Source: an uncultured Acidobacteriota bacterium
Lineage (GTDB): Bacteria > Acidobacteriota > Thermoanaerobaculia > Multivoradales > DATKCC01
Assembly (NCBI GenBank): GCA_963741925.1
Contig: CAVUJU010000005.1
Coordinates: forward strand, 2,369,447-2,433,446
Direction: 5' to 3'
Length of the DNA stretch: 64,000 nt
A model generated the notes under the pieces. The model worked only from the letters and a program-made list of their open reading frames with translations. It was not told where the DNA came from and searched no databases. This document shows positions 1 through 7,981 of the stretch, one piece after another (position 1 is the first letter of the stretch; each line of letters opens with the position of its first letter). The position numbers and the translations under genes were made by a program.

Positions 1-1
1 G

Positions 2-619
2 ATGGACTTCATCCTGGGCAACGACGACCCGTCGGACCCGAACTACGACTTCAACGGGCCGTACGACACCGCCGCCGGGCGCCTCAGCCTGGTGATCAGC
101 CTCTCGGGCGCCCACCGGGGCTCGGAGGGCGCCGACGCGGTGTGCGGCAACTCGAACCTCTTCTGCAACTTCCTGGCCTTCTTCATCCAGGACTGCGACG
201 ACGCCACCTACTGGCTCCGGAGCGACGACTCGGTGCAGGTCAAGACCTATGCCTCGCCGCCGGCGCGCAACGTCTACATGACCGGCGGCTACGAGGCGAT
301 CTTCGGCGCCAGCGCCTGCCTCTCGGGCGAGGACGACGGGATCGTCCAGTACGCCTCGACCTACGCCTGCGGCGGCAGCGCCACCGCCGGCTACGACAAC
401 TCCAACGTGTGCGGGAGCTCGTTCAAGCAGGAGGCCTCCGGCTTCCACAACCTCGACGGCGCGCACGAGAACCACAGCGACATCCGCGACGCCTCCGACT
501 CGGACACGAGGAAGGCGATCCCCGACGGCATCTGGACCTGCGGCGGCGTGCCCTGCTCGCCGAACACCACGGTCCAGAGCTCCATGACCACCGCCGCCTT
601 CGTGGCGCTGCTCTACTGA
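2..619 (+). CDS. Cys/Asp-rich hypothetical protein, C-terminal part (gene probably starts upstream of the window); ends in a hydrophobic tail ...TAAFVALLY
   Basis: ORF runs from the window edge with GC-rich third codon positions; hydrophobic C-terminus; no recognisable family. Confidence 0.4.
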   Translation: MDFILGNDDPSDPNYDFNGPYDTAAGRLSLVISLSGAHRGSEGADAVCGNSNLFCNFLAFFIQDCDDATYWLRSDDSVQVKTYASPPARNVYMTGGYEAIFGASACLSGEDDGIVQYASTYACGGSATAGYDNSNVCGSSFKQEASGFHNLDGAHENHSDIRDASDSDTRKAIPDGIWTCGGVPCSPNTTVQSSMTTAAFVALLY

Positions 620-634
620 GCCGAGGAGAGAGAC

Positions 635-1654
635 ATGACCCGAGCGATCGAGACCCGTATCCGCTTCCGTATCCTCACCCTCGCCCTCTCCGCCCTCCTG
701 GTCATGGCCCTGGCGGTGCCGCCGCCGGCCGCGGCGCAAGGCGCCTCCGCCCTCGCCCGGTCCGCGGCCGCCGACTACCTCCAGGCGGCGCGCTACCCCG
801 CGAGCTCCCGGCCCGTGCCGGCGGGGCGGCCGGACCCGATCCTCGCCGCGCGCACGCCGCAGGCCCACTCGCTGGCCGGTCCCGACGGCGCGCCGCCCCG
901 GCTCGAGGTCTGGCCCGCCCGGGTCGGCTTCGTGGCTCCGGAGCCTGTGGATCTCTACGCCACGCTCCGGGGAGCCGGCGGCACGGCGCTCGCCGGCGCG
1001 GTCGTCACCGGCCGGGTGCGCGACGAGTCGGGAGCCGAGATCGGCTCTGTGACCTACGCCGACGACGGCGTGGGTCCGGACCGGCGCGCCGGCGACGGCG
1101 TCTACTCGGCCCGCTTCGAGATGCCGGTGGGCGCCGCGCCGGCCCTGGCCGCCGCCGACCTGGTGGAGGTCCTCGCCACGCTGCCCGACGGCACGGAGCG
1201 GAAGGTGGCGGCGGGCTTCCTCTACAGCCGGCCCTGGGCGCGCCTGACCGGCCGCTACCGGGACTCGCTGGTGGACGGGAGCCTGGTGGTCGCGACCGAG
1301 GTGGCGGTGGAGAGGGCGGGGCGCTTCTACCTGGAGGGGACGCTGCACACCATGACCGGTGAGCCGGTGGCGTGGGCGCAGCAGGCAACGGAGCTCGCGC
1401 CCGGCCGGCATTGGGTCGACCTGTCGTTCTACGGCCTGGCCCTCCGAGACCGGGGCGTGGCCGGCCCGTACCGGCTGGGGAGCGTGACGCTGGCGACGAC
1501 CGGAGACATGCCCAACGCCCTGGGACCGGTGGTGGCGGACGCCTTCGTCACGCGGCCGGTCCGCCTCGACCGCCTGACGGCGGCGCCGTTCGGCGCGGCG
1601 GGGCTCGAGGAGGCGGCCCGGCGGCTGGCGGGGGAGGGGGGCGGAGAGCGCTGA
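635..1654 (+). CDS. secreted hypothetical protein (N-terminal signal peptide ILTLALSALLVMALAVPPPAAAQG)
   Basis: 339-aa ORF with signal peptide and correct GC3 bias; no family recognised. Confidence 0.5.
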   Translation: MTRAIETRIRFRILTLALSALLVMALAVPPPAAAQGASALARSAAADYLQAARYPASSRPVPAGRPDPILAARTPQAHSLAGPDGAPPRLEVWPARVGFVAPEPVDLYATLRGAGGTALAGAVVTGRVRDESGAEIGSVTYADDGVGPDRRAGDGVYSARFEMPVGAAPALAAADLVEVLATLPDGTERKVAAGFLYSRPWARLTGRYRDSLVDGSLVVATEVAVERAGRFYLEGTLHTMTGEPVAWAQQATELAPGRHWVDLSFYGLALRDRGVAGPYRLGSVTLATTGDMPNALGPVVADAFVTRPVRLDRLTAAPFGAAGLEEAARRLAGEGGGER

Positions 1655-1739
1655 GCCGCGCCCGGATCCGGGGTGAGTCCGGCTTCGGCGTCTCGGCCCC
1701 GGGGACGGGCCGTTGCCAGGGCCACCGTCGGGCCGGCCG

Positions 1740-1960
1740 AGACAGAGCTCGGCCGCTTCACCCGGGATTGCCGTCTCGGCGCGTTCCCGACGGATGAAGC
1801 GGCCGAGCTCCGCCTCGGCCGGGCGATCGGGGTGAGGAGCACCGAGCGCGCCGACCTGCCCGAGGTCCGCCTCGGCCGGTTCACCCGGGATTGCCGTCTC
1901 GGCGCGTTCCCGACGGATGAAGCGGCCGAGCTCCGCCTCGGCCGGGCGATCGGCGTGGTG
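1740..1960. repeat. REP-like hairpin doublet (2 direct copies, ~121 bp period), each carrying the palindromes CGGCCGAG-ACAGAG-CTCGGCCG and GGCCGAGCTCCGCCTCGGCC
   Basis: near-identical direct repeat 1746-1832 / 1867-1953 with perfect short inverted repeats; lies immediately beside the RAYT gene. Confidence 0.75.
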
Positions 1961-1976
1961 AGCACCGAGCGCCTCG

Positions 1977-2462
1977 CTACCCCGATCCCAGCCGTTCCGG
2001 CTTCACCACCGAGTACGGGTACTCCTCGCGGCTTCGCACCAGGCGGGCCCTGACCGGGTTGTCCAGGAGGTAAGCGACCACCGCCTCCAGGCTCTCCCGC
2101 CGGCGGACGACGTGGTCCCAGAACGAGCGCTGCCAGAGGGGCTCGCCGTATCCCGCTCTCCGGACCCGCCGGGTGGAGTAGGACTTGAAGGCCCGGACCG
2201 TCTCGATGACCCGGGCCGCGTCGTCCAGGAGCCAGTGGAGGTGGCCGGGCATGAGGCAGGCCGCGAGAGTGGCCGCGTGCTCCGCGAGGGCCTCGAAGAC
2301 CGGCAGCGCGACTCGGGGAAGGGTGAACGGCTCACCGTCACCCACGGTGCAGAGGGTGACGTGCACCGGCCGCTGGGGCGGATACAGGCCCGGCGGCAGC
2401 CGGTTGCCGCGGCTGCGGCGCCAGGTGCGGTACACGCTGCTGGCCGGGGGCGTGCGCGTCAT
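1977..2462 (-). CDS. rayT: REP-associated tyrosine transposase (RAYT; IS200/IS605-like TnpA_REP)
   Basis: HuH-like HLHWLL, and the C-terminal stretch GEPLWQRSFWDHVVRRRESLEAVVAYLLDNPVRARLV typical of RAYT/IS200 TnpA (WQxxF.DH...Y..NPV); flanked both sides by REP hairpins. Confidence 0.8.
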   Translation of the reverse strand: MTRTPPASSVYRTWRRSRGNRLPPGLYPPQRPVHVTLCTVGDGEPFTLPRVALPVFEALAEHAATLAACLMPGHLHWLLDDAARVIETVRAFKSYSTRRVRRAGYGEPLWQRSFWDHVVRRRESLEAVVAYLLDNPVRARLVRSREEYPYSVVKPERLGSG

Positions 2463-2524
2463 CTCATCCTTCAGGACGCGACGGAGCGGCGGAACCTTGC
2501 AGGTCGGCGGCGTTCGGTGCCCGC

Positions 2525-2745
2525 CGGAGGGCTCGGCCGGCCGAGACAGAGCTCGGCCGCTTCATGGGCCTGGTGAGGTGGCAACGGCGACGCCGGGTGA
2601 AGCGGCCGAGCTCTGCCTCGGCCGGGGCGGGTGGGGGAGACAGAGGTCGATCGCTTCATGGGCCTGGTGAGGTGGCAACGGCGACGCCGGGTGAAGCGGC
2701 CGAGCTCTGCCTCGGCCGGGGCGGGTGGGGGAGCGTCCGGAGGTC
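2525..2745. repeat. REP-like hairpin doublet (2 copies, ~110 bp) related to 1740-1960 (GGCCGAGCTCTGCCTCGGCC palindrome)
   Basis: direct repeat 2530-2640 / 2640-2745 with the same palindromic core; sits between the RAYT gene and the 3' end of the gvp operon. Confidence 0.75.
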
Positions 2746-2880
2746 GCCGGGGTCTCGGGCCGGCACCGAGCTCGCCGGGGCAGGGCGAAGCCGAGGCGCT
2801 CGCCGGCGTTTCACCGCCTCCGAGCGGCGCGCGCCGTGCGCAAGGGCGAAAGCCCCCGGCCCGGCGCGGCCCGGCCCGTG

Positions 2881-3640
2881 TCAGGTGAGCTTGCCGAGGG
2901 GGCCGAGGTCGAGGTTGAGGTCGCCGGGATCGAGGCCGAAGCGGGCGGCGATCTCGACCAGGGTCTCCTCGAGGCGCATCAGGGCGCGGCCGAGGCGCTC
3001 GACCTCCTCCGGCGTCAGCGTCTCCTCCTCCATGCGCCGGATCGCCTGGCGCTCCAGGAGCTGGCGGACGAAGTCCACGAGGGTCAGCACCAGGCGCGCC
3101 ACCGAGCGTTCCACGTCGTCCGGCTCCGGGTTCCAGCGGGCCACCTCGGTCGCCGGGTCGCGGCTCCGGGCCTCGAGCTCGGTGCGGAGCGCCTCGGCGT
3201 CGGCGGGCGCCACCCCGGCCCGCGGGGCGGGACCGGCGGGGGAAGGAGCGGAGGCGGTGGCCGGGGCGGGCGAGGCGACGGCCGGTGACGGCGACGGGGC
3301 GGGTTCTGCTCCCCCCGCGTCCGCCGCCTCGTCCGGCGCGCCCGGTCCGCCCGGGGCGACCGGTCCACCCGGGGCGGGCCCGGTCCCCTCGCCGTCCCGG
3401 CGGCGGAAGACCCGGTCCGCGGCGGCGAGCAGGGTCGAGAGCTTCAGGTAGATCAGGTCCACGTCGGCCAGGCCCAGGACCACGTCGCCGGTGAGCATGA
3501 CGCCGCGCTCGAGGAGCGAGTCCACCACCTCCACCAGGCGGGTATCGGCGTCCTCGAGGACGTGGGCCGTGGCCTCCCGCGTGTGGAGGGCGCCCGCGAC
3601 CCGCTCGCTGGTCCCGTTCGGGTCGCCCTCGCGGCTCACG
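2881..3640 (-). CDS. gvpJ/gvpK: gas vesicle protein GvpJ-like domain fused in frame to a GvpK-like domain (start GTG overlapping the upstream TGA)
   Basis: N-terminal LVEVVDSLLERGVMLTGDVVLGLADVDLIYLKLSTLLAAADRV (GvpA/J fold); Pro/Ala linker; C-terminal ARLVLTLVDFVRQLLERQAIRRMEE...LGRALMRLEETLVEI..LNLDLGPLGKL (GvpK signature); no stop between the two domains. Confidence 0.6.
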
Positions 3641-4403
3641 ACGCCTCCTCGCCGGCGAAGTTGTACGGCGGCCAGGGGCCGGTCAGGACCAGCTCGCACC
3701 CGGCGCCGTCGAGGGTGCGCGCCGCCGCCTCGGCCACCTCGCGAAAGGCGTCCTCGCCGTCGCGCGGCACCAGGAACGCGGCGTCGAGGAGCACGGCGCC
3801 GCCGGGCACAGGATCCTGGCGGCGGGACGCGACCGCCGCGGCGGCGAGCGCGGCGAACGCGCTCTCGACCGCCGCCGTCGTCTCGGCCGAGGGCGCCCGC
3901 CCGGCGTCGCGCAGGCGCTTCTTGCGCTCGAGGAAGGCCCGGCCGGAGGCGGCCGGCCGGGCGGCTCCGCCCGCCTCCGAGAGGACCCGGGCGCGCTCCG
4001 CGTCCCACCGCGCCCGCACCCCCCACTCCCGGCGACCGGTCACCCGGGCGAGAGCGCGGCGCACCTCGTGGCGGCGGGAGCGCACGTCCGCGAGCGCCCG
4101 CTCGTCGCTCGAGAAGAGGGTGAAGAGCTTCATCGGCAGGAGAGCGCCCGCGCCGGTGAAGTGCTCGACCAGCGCCTCGTGGGCGAGGGCCCGGTCGGAG
4201 ACCCAGGAGAGGTCCTGGAGGCGCGCCTCGATCTCGCCCGGGCCGTAGGTCTCGAGCGGGGCGCTCGCGGCGACCAGCCAGAGCCCGCCGCCCACCGCCA
4301 GGAGGCGGGGCGCCGCGGCGTCGGGAAGGCCCCGCGGGGCCCCTTCGAGCGCCGGCGGCTCGGGGTTCTCGACCAGGCAGTAGAGGTAGGTCGCCGTCGT
4401 CAT
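3636..4403 (-). CDS. gvpL: gas vesicle protein GvpF/GvpL family (copy 2)
   Basis: YLYCLV...PWPPYNF motifs; ATG overlaps the upstream stop (ATGA); the 845-aa ORF in the track is an over-extension. Confidence 0.8.
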   Translation of the reverse strand: MTTATYLYCLVENPEPPALEGAPRGLPDAAAPRLLAVGGGLWLVAASAPLETYGPGEIEARLQDLSWVSDRALAHEALVEHFTGAGALLPMKLFTLFSSDERALADVRSRRHEVRRALARVTGRREWGVRARWDAERARVLSEAGGAARPAASGRAFLERKKRLRDAGRAPSAETTAAVESAFAALAAAAVASRRQDPVPGGAVLLDAAFLVPRDGEDAFREVAEAAARTLDGAGCELVLTGPWPPYNFAGEEAS

Positions 4404-6417
4404 TCGAGGCTTGCCTCGGTCCACCGCCGGGCCCAGCGCTCGAGGGCCGCGGCGCCCCGGGGCGGGGGGTACTCGGCAGGGGCGCTCAGTATAGTGCAGC
4501 GGCAGCGCCGGCCGAGCTCCGCGAGGTGCCGGAGGGCGCCTCTCCGGGCCTCCCGGCAGCGGCGGCACGAGCCCTCCGGCAGGACGTTGGCCACCACCGC
4601 GGGAACGTGGACCTCCAGCGCCTCCAGGCGGGCGAGAAGGCGCTCGGTCTCGCGCCCGGGAAGCTCTCCCGCCCGGGTGACGGCCACGAACCGGCAGCGC
4701 GCGCGGTCGGCGAGCAGGGCCCGGAGGCGCTTGAGCGTGGCGGCGAGCTCCAGGAGGTCGCGCGCCAGGTCGCCCAGCCCGACCGCGTCCCGGTACTCGA
4801 GGAGCAGGGCGAGCAGGGCGTGGTCCCACTCGAGGGCGAGCGCGGGCATCTCGAGGAGGCGGAGGGCGTGGCCGGTGGGGGCGGTGTCCACCACCAGCAA
4901 CGGGCCGGCCGGACCGTCGCCGTCTCCGGGTCCGGCGCCGTCGAGGGCGTCGGTCAGCTCGCTCACCGCCACCAGCTCGTCGAGGCCGGGGGGCGTCGCC
5001 TCGAGGAGCCGCTCGAGGACCTCCCGCTCGAAGGGGGTGTCGATCCCCGAGCCGCCGCGGGCGAAGGCGCCGAACCCCCGCTCCAGGGCGTCGCGGTAGC
5101 GCTCCCGGCGGGCCGCGAAGCGGCCTCCGGCGTCGAGCTCCCGGGCGCGGAGCCCCTCCGGGCCGCCGGGCACCGGCCGCTCGGCGTCGCCCAGGTCCGC
5201 CTCGATCGCGTCGCCCAGGGAGTGGGCCGGGTCGGTGGAGAGGAGGACGACCCGCGAGGGCGGTGGCCCGTCGTTGCGGCCGGATCGCGCCAGGAGGAGG
5301 GCGAGGGCGGCGGCGCAGGTGGTCTTGCCGACGCCCCCTTTGCCGCCGACCAGGAGGAGCCGGAGGCCGGGAGGCGCGAGCTCGCTCAGCCAGGCGGGCG
5401 GACGTGCGGCCAGGGGCGGCGAGGGTGGCTGCGGCACCGGCTCCGGCGCCACCGGCTCGGGCGCCGGCAGGGGCCGGAGCGGAGCGCCGAGAGAGCCGCC
5501 GAGCGCGGCCAGGGCCGCCCGTCCCCGGGGCTCGGCGTCGAGCTCGGCCACGACGCGGAGGGGGAGCGTGGGGAAGGCCGCCCCGACCGTGGCCACGATC
5601 TCCGACTCGGCGCGGCGGCGGGCGGCGCACTCGGGGCAGGACGCGTCGGCGGGCAGGGGGTCCGGCGCCAGCCGGTTGACCACCAGCTCGTCGACGGTGA
5701 CGCCGGCGGCGGCGAGCGCGGCCAGGGCGTCGCGCGTCTCGGCGAGCGCCAGGGCCTCGGGCAGGAGGACCCAGACGAAGCGCGTCCGCTCCGGATCGCG
5801 GATCCGGCGGCCGATCTCTTGGGCCTCGGTCGCCACCGCCTCGGCGAGCTCGTCGGCCGCATCGGGCCGGAAGGCTCCGGTCAGGCGCCGGGCGAGCTCC
5901 TCGTGCCGGGCCGCGAAGGCCAGCAGCACGGCGGCGAAGCGCTCGAGGGCGGCGGGCATCTCGAGCAGGCGCAGGGTGTGGGCGGTAGGGGCGGTGTCGA
6001 CGATCACCCGGGTCGCGCCCGAGCCCTGGCCGAGGCGGGCGAGCTCGACCAGGCCCACCAGCTCGTCGACCCCCGGCACGGGCAGGTCGAGGAGCCGCTC
6101 GATCTCGGACGCGTCGAGGAGCGTGCCGCGCTCGGCGAGCGTCCGCAGGCCCGCGCGCCGCTCGCCGAGCCACCGGCGCCAGGCCGCTTCGGCGGCGAGC
6201 TCGGCGGCCAGGAGCCGGCCCCCGGCGCCGGGTGTGCCGGGAAGGAGCCGCGGCTCGGGGCCCAGGGGCACGTCCAGGGCGTCGCCCAGGGAGTGGGCGG
6301 GATCGGTCGAGATCACCAGCACGTCCTCGCCCGCTTCCGCGCGGGCGACGGCGGCCGCGGCGGCGAGGGTGGTCTTGCCGACGCCGCCCTTGCCGGCGAA
6401 GAAGGTATAGCGGATCA
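4400..6417 (-). CDS. ArsA/Get3-family ATPase, two tandem halves (anion-transporting / tail-anchored-protein ATPase-like)
   Basis: two P-loops, FFAGKGGVGKTT and LLLVGGKGGVGKTT; two DTAPTGH/DTAPTAH-TLRLLEMP signatures; STDPAHSLGDA x2. The first P-loop lies upstream of the first ATG and no canonical in-frame start occurs before the gvpG stop, so the start is uncertain (non-canonical CTG/ATC, or an indel). Confidence 0.7.
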
Positions 6418-6708
6418 GGGTCCCTCGTCGGGCCCGAAGCTCACCTCGGCGCCCACCACCTTCGAGGACATGGAGAGGCCCTGCCCCTCGCCCCGCTCCT
6501 CGCGGATCGAGCGCAGCCGGGCCAGGATCTCGCGCTCGGTCGCCGCGAACTCCTCGTCGCTGATCTCGCCGAGCTCGAGCCGCATCTGGGCCGCCAGGAG
6601 CTCCTGCTTCAAGTTGCCCTCGTCGTCCATCTCGGCCTCGACGGCCGCCGCCACCTTCTCGAGCACGAAGCGCAGCGGCGCGGTCAGCAGCCGGTCGATG
6701 ACGATCAC
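6415..6708 (-). CDS. gvpG: gas vesicle protein GvpG
   Basis: 97 aa, MIVIDRLLTAPLRFVLEKVAAAVEAEMDDE...ELGEISDEEFAATEREILARL matches the GvpG pattern; GTG start overlaps the gvpF stop (GTGA). Confidence 0.7.
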   Translation of the reverse strand: MIVIDRLLTAPLRFVLEKVAAAVEAEMDDEGNLKQELLAAQMRLELGEISDEEFAATEREILARLRSIREERGEGQGLSMSSKVVGAEVSFGPDEGP

Positions 6709-7571
6709 TCGTTGCCCACCGCGCGCTCGAGCTTGAGCCGGATGTTGACGAAGTTGTACGGCGGCCAGGGGCCGGTGTACTTGAAGCTCAGGTGGTCGTA
6801 GCGCCCGGCGACCTCCTTGACCCGGGCGTCGAAGTCCTCTTCGCGGTTGCGGCCGACCAGGAACGCGGCGTTGAGGATCATCTTCTCGCCGATCGGCTTG
6901 TTGGCGCGCGAGGCGACCGACACGTCGCCGAGGGAGATCATGATCTCGGAGGCCAGCTCCTCGGAGCGCTCCTGGAGCAGCGAGTCGACCAGGCGGCCGT
7001 ACTGCATCCTGGCGAAGTAGGTGGAGCCCCTCTGGGACTGGATCTCCTGGCGCAGGAGGCGGAGGTTCTCGTCCTCCTTCTCGATCTCCTGGATGATCAG
7101 ATCGGGCTCCCAGAGGACCTTGAGGCCGAACTCGAGCTTGCCCTGCATCTTCACCAACACGTCCTTGAAGGCGTCGTAGGCGCTGCGCAGGAGCTCGACG
7201 ATGTCCTCCTCGGTGCGGAAGACCGTGCCGAAGGACATGGGGATGACCGTGAACTGCTGCATCACGGTCTCGTTGACCCGCTCGTGGGCGAGCACGTTCT
7301 CCCGGGTCGGGTCGTAGACCTCGAGCGGGGTGTCGGAGGCGACCGCAGCGATGTCGCGGTAGCTCACGGTGCTCACCTCGGTGGGCTCGGAGCCGATCCC
7401 GGCGTGTCCGAAGCTGAGGTGCTCGTCGCTCTGGATGATGCAGTAGACGTACTTGCCGCTCGCCTGCGGGGCGGGACGCTCCCTCTCAGGCGAGGCTCCG
7501 GCCGCGGCGTCCGAGCGGCCGAGGGCCTCGGGCCGGCCGGTGGCCAGCGGCTCGTTCGACTGGTCGCTCAC
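6705..7571 (-). CDS. gvpF: gas vesicle protein GvpF/GvpL family (copy 1)
   Basis: KYVYCII...; C-terminal GPWPPYNF; GTG start overlaps the TGA of the upstream receiver gene. Confidence 0.85.
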   Translation of the reverse strand: MSDQSNEPLATGRPEALGRSDAAAGASPERERPAPQASGKYVYCIIQSDEHLSFGHAGIGSEPTEVSTVSYRDIAAVASDTPLEVYDPTRENVLAHERVNETVMQQFTVIPMSFGTVFRTEEDIVELLRSAYDAFKDVLVKMQGKLEFGLKVLWEPDLIIQEIEKEDENLRLLRQEIQSQRGSTYFARMQYGRLVDSLLQERSEELASEIMISLGDVSVASRANKPIGEKMILNAAFLVGRNREEDFDARVKEVAGRYDHLSFKYTGPWPPYNFVNIRLKLERAVGNE

Positions 7572-7981
7572 GATTCTCCTTTCGGCTCGTCGGCGGGTGC
7601 CGAGGACCTGCCGAGCTGGCGCCGTACCTCGCGTTCCAGCTCCTTGGGCACGACCGGCTTGGTGACCACCTCGTCACAGCCCGCGGCCAGGGCGCGGTCC
7701 CGCTCGCGCGACAGGGCGTGGGCCGTCAGGGCCACGATCTTGATGTGGCGGGTGCGCTCTTCGCTGCGCAGGAGGCGGGTCGCCTCCCAGCCGTCGACCT
7801 CGGGCAGCGACAGGTCCATCAGGATCACGTCGGGCAGGAGGTCGCGGGCCTTGGTCAGCGCCTCGGCGCCGTCCGCGGCCGTCGCCACGTCGTAGCCGCG
7901 GAAGGTCAGGTACTCGGCGCACAGCTCGCGCCCCGCGGCGAAGTCGTCGACCACCAGGACGAGCGGCTTCTCGGCGCTCAC
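7568..7981 (-). CDS. single-domain response regulator (CheY-like receiver)
   Basis: LVLVVDDF...D...LMDLSLPEVDGWE...KIVALTAHA receiver motifs; GTG start overlaps the HK stop (GTGA). Confidence 0.8.
   Translation of the reverse strand: MSAEKPLVLVVDDFAAGRELCAEYLTFRGYDVATAADGAEALTKARDLLPDVILMDLSLPEVDGWEATRLLRSEERTRHIKIVALTAHALSRERDRALAAGCDEVVTKPVVPKELEREVRRQLGRSSAPADEPKGES

Larger units (their letters stand above)
1740..2745. mobile_element. REPtron: RAYT gene bracketed by REP doublets
   Basis: architecture RAYT + flanking REP arrays. Confidence 0.7.

Noticed and set aside
142-1362. 406-aa Arg-rich ORF overlapping the first two genes
   Set aside because: Low-complexity RRLRGDL... translation. 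It is out of frame relative to better-supported ORFs.
3636-6173. 845-aa ORF as a single giant protein
   Set aside because: Only the C-terminal 255 aa carry GvpF/L motifs and GC3 bias. The remainder is an Arg/Pro/Gly-rich antisense or off-frame read-through of the ArsA-like gene.
6380-6420. Possible gvpG-arsA gene fusion to explain the missing ArsA start
   Set aside because: The two genes are in different frames and the gvpG stop is intact. A non-canonical start or an indel is the more likely explanation.
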